From NCBI RefSeq assembly GCF_001194135.2, contig NC_068988.1:1405874-1439805 (forward strand): a stretch of DNA of 33,932 nucleotides. Direction: 5' to 3'. The notes beneath the pieces were generated by a model. It was given only the letters and a program-made list of their open reading frames with translations. It was not told the DNA's origin and did not search any database. Shown one piece after another: positions 10,345 to 20,421 of the stretch. Both the position numbers and the translations under genes were made by a program. Position 1 is the stretch's first letter, and each line of letters begins with the position of its first letter. Source of the DNA: Octopus bimaculoides (lineage: Eukaryota).

Positions 10345-10680
10345 CATCATCATCATCATCATCATCATCACCATTTAATATCTGTTTTCAATGCTGGCAT
10401 GGGTTGGACAGTTTAACAGAAGGACTACACTAAGCTCTGCTGTCAGCTTTGGCATGGTTTCTACGACTGGATGCCCTTCCAAATGCCAACCACTTCAGAG
10501 AGTGTTTTTTTGTGCAGCATTGGCACAGGTGCTTTTACATGGCACAAGCACCCATGAACCCACAGGAATGCTCAGGTGAAGAAGATTGTAGGGGACATAT
10601 CTGTGTGTGGGGGTCAACCATGATTTTACTTAGCTTGATGTGTCTTCTCAAGCACAGCAAACCACCAGAAGTTTTGAAAC
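10345..10680 (-). mobile_element. 5'-truncated RTE LINE 3' end (ORF2 C-terminus + 3'UTR + tail)
   Basis: Minus 10673-10626 translates NFWWFAVLEKTHQAK*, homologous to DLWRYVVTEKTWQIK* at 28007-28069; (CAT)n tail at 10345-10371. Confidence 0.75.
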
Positions 10681-11520
10681 TAGAAATGAGGTCCACAATT
10701 CAAACACAAAATTGCATCGAGACTTTACAATAGTTTACCATCAAAGTTGAGTCACAGAATCAATAAAAGGATTATTAGTCTTATACCGATATGGTTCCTT
10801 TGTTGATTATATAGAACCGTCAGCCTTTGAAATAAATTGAATTTCGACGAAAATCTAGGAATTAGTGGTTTGGGATAATTTCGAAGTTAATCTTTTGATG
10901 CATAAAGATTGATTGTATGTTCCTAGTTGGAGCTGAAGTCTTAATGGTTGGAGGCTGACATTTCTATATTCAATAACATTCTATTGGCAGTTCAGGATTT
11001 CATGATTTGTAATCTTAAATATTGATTAGTGTTGTTGTTATTAAGATATGTGATGGTGTTCTTTGCAGTTCTGAATTCTTGTTTGCTTGTCATAGATAAT
11101 TCTTCTGAATAATGAAATGTAGTTAGGATGTAACTAGTAAATCATCATCATCAGTAAAAAATTTGCTGTGTGTGTGTGTGTGTAGAATGATGACGATGAT
11201 GATGATGTGAGAGAGAGTGAGTATTTTGTGTACAACTACATCTGTTAAGTTTAAAGTTCCACGTAGATTATCTGCATCCAGTGTAGAGGTTTAGCAACTA
11301 CTTTACTTAGTAGTATTACTAGTTATGATATACAGAGCAAATGTAGGAGGAATTATGATAAACACAAGCTTATATCATTTGTCCCTACACACGTTTCACC
11401 ATTGTGGTTGTTTGAAACTCTGCATTGGCTGTTTCAAGTGCTCTTAAATGCTTAGTTACAACAGATAATCAGGGAAGACTTTATTGCATTATGTTACAGG
11501 GATCTAATGACTATATATAC

Positions 11521-11626
11521 ATATTTATTTCTTTATTGCCCACAGGGGGCTAAACATAGAGGGGACAAACAAGGATAGACAAAGGGATTAAGTTGATTAC
11601 ATCAGCCCCAGTATGTAACTGGTACT
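11521..11626 (-). mobile_element. 3' part of tRNA-headed SINE family D
   Basis: The 11590-11626 part (gattacatcagccccagtatgtaactggtact) is the reverse of the agtaccagtt...actggggt...gatctaatc segment at 11785-12002. The more distal part is assigned from my recollection of this family. Confidence 0.65.
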
Positions 11627-11627
11627 A

Positions 11628-11728
11628 CTATAGCCTAAGGCTATAGTAGAAGACACTTGCCCAAGGTGTCACACAGTGGGACTGAACCTGGAACCATGTG
11701 GTTGGTAAGCAAGCCATGCTTGCACCTA
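11628..11728 (-). mobile_element. tRNA-headed SINE family A head
   Basis: ctatagtagaagacacttgcccaaggtgtcacacagtgggactgaacctggaaccatgtggttggtaagcaag. Confidence 0.8.
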
Positions 11729-11784
11729 TATATATATATATATATATATATCATGTGATGTGCAGGGCACTTGACTGACTTTGA

Positions 11785-12002
11785 AGGCGGGGGGAGCTGG
11801 CAGAATTGTTAGCATGCTGGGTGAAATGCTTACTGGTATTTCGCCTGTCTTTACATTCTGAGTTCAATTTCCGCCAAGGTCGACTTTGCCTTTCATCCTT
11901 TTGGGGTCGATAAATTAAGTACCAGTTGCATACTGGGGTAGATCTAATCAAGTGGTCCCTCCCCCCAAAATTTCAGGCCTTGTGCCTGGAGTAGAAAAGA
12001 AT
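11785..12002 (+). mobile_element. tRNA-headed SINE family D, near full length
   Basis: gagctggcagaattgttagc (A-box-like)...gagttcaatttccgcc (B-box-like)...gcctttcatccttttggggtcgataaattaagtacc; homologous copies at 19481, 19705, 23558 and 18450. Confidence 0.85.
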
Positions 12003-13095
12003 ATTCTTCTGGCCATTGCTCATTGTCTTCTATAGTACCAATACTATTTACCCACCAACTAAGCCAAATTAAGCCCCTTAAGCCAAAAGTGAACAAGCAA
12101 TGGATGTTTAAGACAAACTATTAGGACAAAAATGCTTTGGTCAAGCAAACAGTCAAATGTTGATGATGATGATGATGGTGATGACTTTACGTTGTTCTTG
12201 ACCACATTTTCTCCATTTTAAACAACTGAGCATTCCATAAATGCTTATCATTCTTTTGTTTGTTTATTTATTGACTGTATTATTCTTATCGATGTATTTT
12301 CCTAAAAATGACTTGCAAAGTAATATGCAAATGGCAGTTAATGTGAGTTGGTTGTAGTTACATCAGACCATTTAGAACCATTTCACTGGAATTTACTTGT
12401 TTATCGAAGTCTTTTGAATGGTTTGAAAGTGTGTTTTTTATTGACTATTTTTTATTTTTAATTAAAAACAAAAACTGTTTTCCAATTTTTATGTATGAAA
12501 TATTCAATATTTTCTGAAAATGGTAAATATAGAAAAAAAAAGGTATTTTTTGCTTTCTGAATCAACTATTAAAAAAAAAAAATTATTCATTGTGTTTGTT
12601 TTCTGTTTAAGAATGTACTTAATAACGTAGAATCGAACATTGCAAATGAATATTTGCATCCAATAACGAAATGCAATTAAATGTTAGTTTAAACATTCTC
12701 TTGGAGAAGAGGCAAACTTCAAAGGGAACTTCCATATATAAAACCAGGTGTGTGTGTGTGTGTGTGTATCTATGTATATGTGTGTATCTGTGTGTGTGTG
12801 TGTGTTTCTATGTGTGTATATGAGTGCATGCATCTATATATGTGTGGAGGTGTGTGTTTGATATTGATTGTAAAATTTAAATTTGAAATTCTGCTGATAG
12901 TTTCACCAATAAATCTTAGTGAAGTATTTTCAAACTGACCAGACTCCACCACATAGAGTAGAGGGTGTTGTGCATTGCAGACAAGAAGGTATTTAGTCCT
13001 TGTCTCCTAACATTATGAACCTGCTTCTGATTTTAATGGTCTTTAGTTGTTTCGCTTGATTTATCTTAATATTCTACCGGTCACTTTGGTGACTT

Positions 13096-13357
13096 ACTAA
13101 GTTACGGGGATATAAACAAACCAGCATTGATTGTCAAATGGTGGTGCGGACAAACACAAAGACACACACACACACACACACACACATGAATACAATGGGC
13201 TTCTTTCAGTTTCCGTCTGCCAAATCTGGTCACAAGGTTCTGGTTGGTCTGAGGCTATAGTGGAAGACACTTGCCCAAGGTACCATGCAGTGGGACTGAA
13301 CCCAAAACCATGTGGTTGGGAAGCAAGCTTCTTACCATACAGCCACTCTTGCACCTA
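13096..13357 (-). mobile_element. Composite SINE (family A head + (TG)n + partial 3' body), reversed
   Basis: Reverse homology to 7225-7660. Confidence 0.85.
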
Positions 13358-13519
13358 TATATATATATATATATATATATATGTAATGTGTGTGTTTCTA
13401 TGCATGTATATAGACACAGATGTGGGTGTGTTAATATCAGTTAACAATGTAGGACAACAACTGCACTTGTCTGATCAATCTGGATATATACCCACTGAAT
13501 TCTACTGTAACTGAGTGTC

Positions 13520-13750
13520 TTTTAGCTTATATCAGTCATTGGGTTGTGGCCATGCTGGAGCACTGCCTCAAAGGATTTAGTTGAACAAATCAACACCAAT
13601 ACTTCTTTTTTTTTTTCTCCCCTTTTTTAAAAGTCTGTCACTTATTCTATCAGTCACCTTTCCATGAAGCAGTAAATTAGGAAGACATAGACAAACCAAC
13701 ACAGGTTGTCTGGCAGTGGAGGAGGCACACACACACACACACACACACAC
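13520..13750 (-). mobile_element. 3' body of the composite SINE
   Basis: tcagtcattgggttgtggccatgctggagcac...cttattctatc...gacatagacaaaccaacac is the reverse of 7460-7660. Confidence 0.7.
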
Positions 13751-13842
13751 ATTCTCTCTGTCTCTCTCAGAATTATGATGAAACATGTAAATGAATTTGT
13801 TGTAGCAAAAACAACAATCCATCTTCAACTGGTTTCCCTCTG

Positions 13843-13924
13843 CTCCCTATGCAGTCACCTCAACTCCCCATACAGTCACCTTAACTCCCCATACAGTCAC
13901 CTCAACTCCCCATGCAGTCACCTC
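13843..13924. repeat. 21-bp minisatellite x4 (ctcccYatRcagtcacctYaa)
   Basis: Units start at 13843, 13864, 13885 and 13906. Confidence 0.95.
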
Positions 13925-15084
13925 TTAGAATCATTCCGACTTCTGCGCTTTACACGTTGAAGCTGCAAGTATGATGACCCACGCAGATTTTATCTGGAAC
14001 AGAAACTCTCACCTGTTTCTAGAGACAACAAGCTTCCAGTTAAAAATGTTCAACCTCTATTGAACATTACTAGAGATTGATTGATTTCTCAGTTCTTACC
14101 CTCTCCCCGCTTGTTTTTTTTTTTTTTCTCTTTTAAAATATACCTTTTATGAAATTAGTAAGGTAATAATTCCAATCAATAATTGATATATTTTCATGTG
14201 GCTTTCTTTGTTAATTACCAACGTGCTGTGTTTTCTGATTTCATTGCAATAATGAAAGACCCCTAATTTTCTCTTTTGTCTTTCTTTCCTTCTCTCCTGG
14301 GTCTGCAAAAATATTCTTGATACACAAATACTGATATTATCTACAAATAGAAAGCACATGGAAATAGAATGGAAAAAAATTCCTTGCCTTCTTATTTAAA
14401 ACAAGGGATAAGATCAGTGTTAATGAGACTAAAATCAAAATGGTTTACTAATTAAATGAAAATATTGGAATGACTTCAGTGGTATTAGTAATGATGGTGG
14501 TGGTAGTAGTGGTAGGTGTGGTGATGGCACTGGTGGTGGTGGGGGTTTGACAGTGGTGGTAGTCATGATGGTGCTGCTGACAGTGTTGGTAGCAGCAGCA
14601 GTAACAACAACCACTCCACAAACAAACAAAGCCCCCTCCTCCATGTTAAACAGTGACAAAAGTTCAAGAATTTTTTTAGAGAATGAAACCACTTTTTTTC
14701 TGTGAGAGAGTTCTTTACCAACCATATTGGTGTCGCTGTTAGCAGACAAGTGTGCCAGGAATCTCATTTCTTCACCAAGCAGTAGAACTGTTAAAGCATA
14801 GCAGCTTTGATATGCGATATTCCAAGTTAATCTGCACCTGTAATATCATTTACAGGTTGGCACCAATCAAATTCTAATCATGTCACTGTGTTCCAGGCTG
14901 GTTTTGGTCATTCCAATCTAAATTTAGTGCACTTCGATACTTCGTTATTATTATTGTTGATTAATTGATAGTAAACATAGTTTTTGTGTGTTGTTTGTAG
15001 TTTTGAAGGATAAAATAAAACAATAACACAAAAGAGAAACATAAAAATAAATAAAACAACCACTGAAAATATACCTGTATTTAT

Positions 15085-15240
15085 AGGTACAGGTGTGACT
15101 GTGTGGTTAAGAAGTTTGTTTTGTAACCACCTGGTTTGGGATTCAATATCACTGTGCAGCATCTTCAGCAAATGTTTTCTACTGGAGCCCCAGGTGGACC
15201 AATGCCATGTGAGTGAATTTGGTAGACAGAAACTGTGGTG
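15085..15240 (+). mobile_element. Diverged tRNA-headed SINE family A head
   Basis: gtgactgtgtggttaagaagtttg...gtgagtgaatttggtagacagaaactg. Confidence 0.75.
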
Positions 15241-15282
15241 GAAGACCAACACTGACGCACATAAAAACTGATAAGGACAGAA

Positions 15283-15525
15283 GCTGTCATCGTTTAATAT
15301 CTGTTTTCCATGCTGGCATGGGTTGGACGGTTTGACTGAGGGCTGGCAAGTTGGGAGGCTGCACCAGGCTCCAATCTGTTCTGGCAAGGTTTCTACAGCT
15401 GGATGCGTAGTGGGTGCTTCTTACGTGCCACCGGCACAGGGGCCAGTTAGGTGGCACTGGCATTGACCACACTCAATTGGTGCTTCTTATGTTCCACCAG
15501 CACAGGTGGGGAGCCAGTCAGGCAG
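15283..15525 (-). mobile_element. RTE 3'UTR-type fragment
   Basis: gtcatcgtttaatatctgttttccatgctggcatgggttggacgg...gtgcttcttacgtgccaccggcac. Confidence 0.8.
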
Positions 15526-15550
15526 TATCAATACTGGACAATATTAATGT

Positions 15551-15742
15551 GGGGAGCTGTGTTAGAACACTGGACTCTGCATTACCTACCTTGAGAAAAA
15601 AACTTCATAAGGAATCATGGCACATAAAAAGCACATGATCTGTTAATGATATGGCTTTTAGTGCTTTTATGCACCATGAGTCTTTATGAGAGGTTCTCTC
15701 GGGGGTAAATAATGCAGTATTCCACGTTCTAACCAGACCTCC
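15551..15742. mobile_element. Fold-back (hairpin) element, MITE-like
   Basis: Left arm gttagaacactggactctgcatta...tcataaggaatcatggcacataaaaagcac pairs with right arm gtgcttttatgcaccatgagtctttatga...taatgcagtattccacgttctaac; 26-nt spacer at 15635-15660. Confidence 0.7.
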
Positions 15743-15749
15743 AATTTAA

Positions 15750-16018
15750 GTTATGTCGTGCTTTAGAAGATCCATCAAGCCGAGCAAAATTGCAGTCACA
15801 GCAGATACCAGTGTCATGCAAATGGCACCCGTGCCAGTGGTACATAAAAGCACCCATTATATACTCTTGGAGTGGTTGATGTTAGGAAGGGCATCCAGTC
15901 ATAAAAAACCATGCCAATTCAGACTGGAGTCTGGTGCAGCCTTCCAGCGTGCCAGCCCTGGTCAAACCGTCCGACCGATGCCAGCTTGGATAACAGATGT
16001 TAAATGATGATGATGATA
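15750..16018 (+). mobile_element. RTE LINE 3' end with ORF2 C-terminal remnant
   Basis: 15752 onward reads YVVL*KIHQAE (compare AVLEKTHQAK*), then 3'UTR and ttaaatgatgatgatgat. Confidence 0.75.
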
Positions 16019-16019
16019 T

Positions 16020-16232
16020 GTGCGTGTGTGTGTGTGTTTGTCCCCTCTTTTGACAATTGGTGTTTGTTTGTTTCCATCCATGTAACTTAGTGGTCTGGCA
16101 AAAGAAACTGATAAAATAAGTATCAGGCTTAAAACAAGTAAGTATTGGGGGTCGATGGTGTTTGACTACACCCTCCAAGTTGGTGCTCCAGCATGGCTAC
16201 TGTCCTACAACTGTAAGAAGTAAAAGATTAAA
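16020..16232 (+). mobile_element. 3' body of the composite SINE
   Basis: gtgtttgtcccc...gataaaataagtatcaggc...ggtgctccagcatggc...gtaaaagat; homologous to 7460-7660. Confidence 0.75.
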
Positions 16233-16355
16233 GATATTTCTCTAATGTAAGATAATGTTTATTTATGTAGATATTTCTATTGGTTTTTGTGGGTGTTTTT
16301 TTTTTGTTTTATTCGTTTCTTCTTCTCCTCTGCACTTGGTTTGTTTTTTTTACAG

Positions 16356-16384
16356 CTCTTCACTGATATTAGAAGAACTTGTTT
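16356..16384 (+). other. Candidate 29-nt small exon, unverified
   Basis: Long polypyrimidine tract ...ttggtttgttttttttacag|CTCTTCACTGATATTAGAAGAACTTGTTT|gtgagt. The donor may be the start of a gt-rich simple repeat running into the gap. Confidence 0.25.
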
Positions 16385-16407
16385 GTGAGTGAAGTGGTTG
16401 GTGAAAC

Positions 16408-17094
16408 NNNNNNNNNNNNNNNNNNNNNNNNNNNNNNNNNNNNNNNNNNNNNNNNNNNNNNNNNNNNNNNNNNNNNNNNNNNNNNNNNNNNNNNNNNNNN
16501 NNNNNNNNNNNNNNNNNNNNNNNNNNNNNNNNNNNNNNNNNNNNNNNNNNNNNNNNNNNNNNNNNNNNNNNNNNNNNNNNNNNNNNNNNNNNNNNNNNNN
16601 NNNNNNNNNNNNNNNNNNNNNNNNNNNNNNNNNNNNNNNNNNNNNNNNNNNNNNNNNNNNNNNNNNNNNNNNNNNNNNNNNNNNNNNNNNNNNNNNNNNN
16701 NNNNNNNNNNNNNNNNNNNNNNNNNNNNNNNNNNNNNNNNNNNNNNNNNNNNNNNNNNNNNNNNNNNNNNNNNNNNNNNNNNNNNNNNNNNNNNNNNNNN
16801 NNNNNNNNNNNNNNNNNNNNNNNNNNNNNNNNNNNNNNNNNNNNNNNNNNNNNNNNNNNNNNNNNNNNNNNNNNNNNNNNNNNNNNNNNNNNNNNNNNNN
16901 NNNNNNNNNNNNNNNNNNNNNNNNNNNNNNNNNNNNNNNNNNNNNNNNNNNNNNNNNNNNNNNNNNNNNNNNNNNNNNNNNNNNNNNNNNNNNNNNNNNN
17001 NNNNNNNNNNNNNNNNNNNNNNNNNNNNNNNNNNNNNNNNNNNNNNNNNNNNNNNNNNNNNNNNNNNNNNNNNNNNNNNNNNNNNNNNNNNNNN
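16408..17094. other. Assembly gap (N)
   Basis: Run of N. Confidence 1.
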
Positions 17095-17686
17095 GTGGGT
17101 GGGTGGGTGGTCTTAATTCCTTCATTCTACTTTCTTTATCAACTCATAGAAAATAGATTCTTAAAAATGAGGTTTGTTGTTTACATAATAAATTATGTAA
17201 CATGTTAGCAAAACAAAGACAGGTATAGATAAATGATTTCAGAGTTGGTTTGTTTTGGAAATCTTTTCTTTATAAACAAAATCTGAGATTCACCAAAATT
17301 TTCATATTTTTTTCATGTATTTTTCATTCTTTTTTGTTTGTTTTACTTTCCAAAGGAAGAAATACTTTTGTTTTATTTAATTCAGGAATTGTTTAGTTGA
17401 GTACAATAGATTAGTCTTCTGTAGAATCAGCACAAATAAAGCGGTTCTTCTACAGACAAGATACAATCAAGATTCTTTGATAATTTCTTGGCAAAAGTCT
17501 GAATATTCTTATAACTTCTGAATTCCTCTGAGCTAAAAGCTTAATCCTCTCTTTCTATATACATGTGTGTGTTTACACACACACACACACACACACACTC
17601 TTCATGTTTGTTTTTACGTTATAATAAAAACAATTTTACATTAATCTGATGGCTTACTCTATACTTTTGTAGAGTATGAATTTATC

Positions 17687-17801
17687 ATTATTGACAGTGA
17701 CTTCGAAGTTTCAGCCAGTTAAGCCATCATGTGACGATGGCTTAGCTGGCCGAAACTTCAATGGTTTTGCTGGTTGTAGCTGTGAAGTCACTGTCAGTAA
17801 T
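17687..17801. other. Nested inverted repeat / structured RNA candidate
   Basis: 17705-17728 pairs with 17736-17759 (22/24 Watson-Crick, 7-nt loop). 17687-17704 pairs with 17784-17801 (17/18 Watson-Crick). A 24-nt bulge lies at 17760-17783. Confidence 0.85.
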
Positions 17802-18225
17802 ATTCTTGTTTAAGAATAATAAATATATATATGTATGTGTATAAATGTATAAATCTTTCTTAGAACAACTTTAAAAAAAAATTTATATCAAGATTGTTGA
17901 CTTATTAATCTTGTAAAGGTGAGTGTTTTATGAATGTAATTTAGCTTTTCAAAATAATCATAAGATTAGCAAAAAAATTTTTTTTTTTTTTTTTAACAAA
18001 ATATTTTTTTTTAATACAAAAACCAGTTAATTGCAAAGTTTTCTTCTGTGAAGTTTTTTGTGTTGGATATAATTATATTTTATGAAATATTTTTTATTTC
18101 GTCTGCTGTAGTTTTACAGGCCATATCACTTCATTACTTTCAGTGCACTTTTAAGATGGAAAAACAAAACAAAGCACTTTCATGTTGGTTAGCTTTTAGA
18201 AATGTCTTGAGTAATTCTTGCTTTT

Positions 18226-18265
<40 letters not shown>

Positions 18266-18449
18266 ATAGACACACACAAAAGTATCAAATAAAAAATGAA
18301 TCTTTACAAAAGATACCAAATGCTGAAGTGAATTCTTCAAAAAATAAAGAAAACAAAACGATTGTCTAATGTATTGTGCAACCTGCAAAAAAAAGAAAGA
18401 AAGAAATCTAAAAAGGATTTAACAAATTGAAGAAATTCCATTGGCAAAA

Positions 18450-18615
18450 CTGTTAGAGTTGCAGAGAAAATGGTTTTTATTATATTTGCTCCCACATATT
18501 ATAAGTTCAAATCCTACCAGTGTTCCATTTGCCTTTCAAAGTTCTGGGATTGATAGAATACAGTCCCTGCATCAGTTGTGTGCCGTAATAAGGCTAACAC
18601 TCCCCTCCGCCCTCC
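18450..18615 (+). mobile_element. Old, highly diverged family D SINE
   Basis: agttcaaatcctacc...tttgcctttcaaagttctgggattgatagaatacagt resembles 11860-11930. Confidence 0.45.
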
Positions 18616-18739
18616 TCAGTTGCCCTTGTTTTTATGTCCTAATTTATGGAAGAGTATTTATTTGAAATACTTCAGTCTTGTTTCTCCATGCTTTATTCTA
18701 GCAAAGATATGCTTCTCTTTACATTTATGTTCAATAAAA

Positions 18740-19010
18740 GTCTGCTGACAAATGCCGGCCGGCCAGCAGAACGACATTTGACATGCATAAATTGTCATCT
18801 GATGAACCGCCAAAAATTCTGTGACCTTTCTGTAAAGAGGAAGTTTTTAAGTGACAATCTCCTGGATGATGTCACCCCCGCCAAAAGAAGACAAAAACTG
18901 CTGAACCAGTTCTTTCTTTTAGAATGCTGATATTGTCAAACTTAGTCGATAAGAACATTTGCTGAATATCTGTGTCTTCTATCTGCTTCCATTGTTGTTG
19001 TTTGGCGCCG
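18740..19010. promoter_or_regulatory. Putative cis-regulatory module (TGACA cluster, E-boxes, E2F-like motifs)
   Basis: Six TGACA/TGTCA (18746, 18779, 18793, 18852, 18870, 18934), three CANNTG, CCGCCAAAA twice and TTTGGCGC at 19001; locally CpG-rich and not matching other repeats in the window. Confidence 0.3.
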
Positions 19011-19132
19011 AAACATATCCCTCAAATGCACAATCTCAGTGTTTTTCAAAGCTTATTTAGTTCTGCAACACTTACACAATTTCCCCAAAATTACAGAACA
19101 CACAACAATAATTCATGGAAAGCTCCACCACT

Positions 19133-19165
<33 letters not shown>

Positions 19166-19240
19166 GTTACCTTAATTTTAATAAGACATTAAATGAAATA
19201 AAAGTTTTAGAGAGAAGTTATTTCTAGAAACAAAATGTCT

Positions 19241-19276
<36 letters not shown>

Positions 19277-19384
19277 ATCCACTTTTCCATGAATCAAATA
19301 GAATTTATTGAGGTTTTTCTCTGGCTAAATGCCCTTTTTGTTGCTAAACTTCACCTGTTTCCAAGTAAGGTGATATTTTTGCAG

Positions 19385-19411
19385 GGCTGGGCAGTGAGAA
19401 TGATGAAGAAG
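19385..19411 (+). other. Candidate 27-nt micro-exon, unverified
   Basis: gatatttttgcag|GGCTGGGCAGTGAGAATGATGAAGAAG|gtaggg; purine-rich (GAA) body, length divisible by 3; reads LGSENDEE or GWAVRMMKK. Confidence 0.3.
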
Positions 19412-19480
19412 GTAGGGTTTTGATAATCTGGGTTCTGTGAAACCTTAGAAGAAAAATCTTGTTAATATTGGTCCTGAACA

Positions 19481-19685
19481 AGGTAGCAAGCTGGCAGCAT
19501 TGGACAAAATGCTTAGCGATAGTTCATCTGTTTCTACGTTCTGAGTTCAAATTCTGCCAAGGTTAACGTTGCCTTTCATCCTCTTGGCATTGATAAAACA
19601 AGTGCCAGTTGAGCACAGGGGTTGATGTATTCAACTATCCCCTTCCCCCGAAATTGCTGGCTGTGTACCAAAATGTGAAACCAGT
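19481..19685 (+). mobile_element. tRNA-headed SINE family D
   Basis: Homologous to 11785-12002. Confidence 0.8.
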
Positions 19686-19704
19686 TTTAGTGTTGAATAA
19701 ACCA

Positions 19705-19893
19705 GGGAGCTGGTAGAATCATTGCTATGTCAAACAAAATGCTGACATTTGATTCTGAGTTCAAATGTTGCTAGGGTCTTTCATCTTTGCTTTCCATCTT
19801 TTTGTGGTTGATAAAATAAGTACTTGAGGTTGATGTAATCAAATTCTGTCCTTCCCTGAAATTGCTGGCCTTGTGCTAAAGTTTCAAACCAAT
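19705..19893 (+). mobile_element. Second, tandem family D SINE (more diverged)
   Basis: gggagctggtagaatcattg...tctgagttcaaatg...gataaaataagtac...aaattgctggccttgtgc. Confidence 0.75.
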
Positions 19894-20282
19894 GTTGCTT
19901 CTGAATGTCTCTGTGGAAGTCTTCTTCATGGAAGCTGATGAGACAGAATAAAGATTTTGATCTTCTTTCATGGCTGTATGTTATATAAGCTGAAATATAT
20001 TTGGTATGTTGGCTTCAGATTGGATTTATATCTCCCAGACAGATTTGTAGCCGAAATCTGCTATTAGAATTTGAAATAGATTTTAATTTTGTTGCTTGAT
20101 AAATACTAGTTCAATGATGTAAGAGAAGAATCTTGGAGTTTATTTGTTTTTAAAGCCAGTAATTCTGTGAAGAGATACAAAAGATTTCTTTGAGCTCATT
20201 CGAATAAATTGAAGTAGAAATAATTCGTTATCAGTTGTTGGGTTAATCTGCTATCTGTTTATATTTAATCTTTTTTTAGTCA

Positions 20283-20420
20283 CCTTGCTTCCCAACCACG
20301 TAGCTTCAGGTTCAGTCCCACTGCACAGCACCTTGGGCAAGCATTTTCTACTATAACCTGAAGCAGACCAATCTCTTGTGAGTGAACTTGGTAGATGGAG
20401 ACTACATGGAAGCTTGTTAT
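20283..20420 (+). mobile_element. tRNA-headed SINE family A head running into a gap
   Basis: ttcccaaccac...ggttcagtcccactgcacagcaccttgggcaag...gtgagtgaacttggtagatgga. Confidence 0.8.
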
Positions 20421-20421
20421 A

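Noticed and set aside
13843-13924. Short direct-repeat array considered as CRISPR-like (also 33711-33759)
   Set aside because: Repeats are head-to-tail with no unique spacers, the context is eukaryotic and there are no cas genes.
14908-15387. 159-aa minus-strand ORF, the longest gap-free one
   Set aside because: It runs through an RTE 3'UTR fragment and a SINE head, so it is a chance reading frame in repeats.
18646-18930. 94-aa ORF MEEYLFEIL...LLEC
   Set aside because: No recognisable domain and no clean splice boundaries; the region is better explained as a motif-rich non-coding element.
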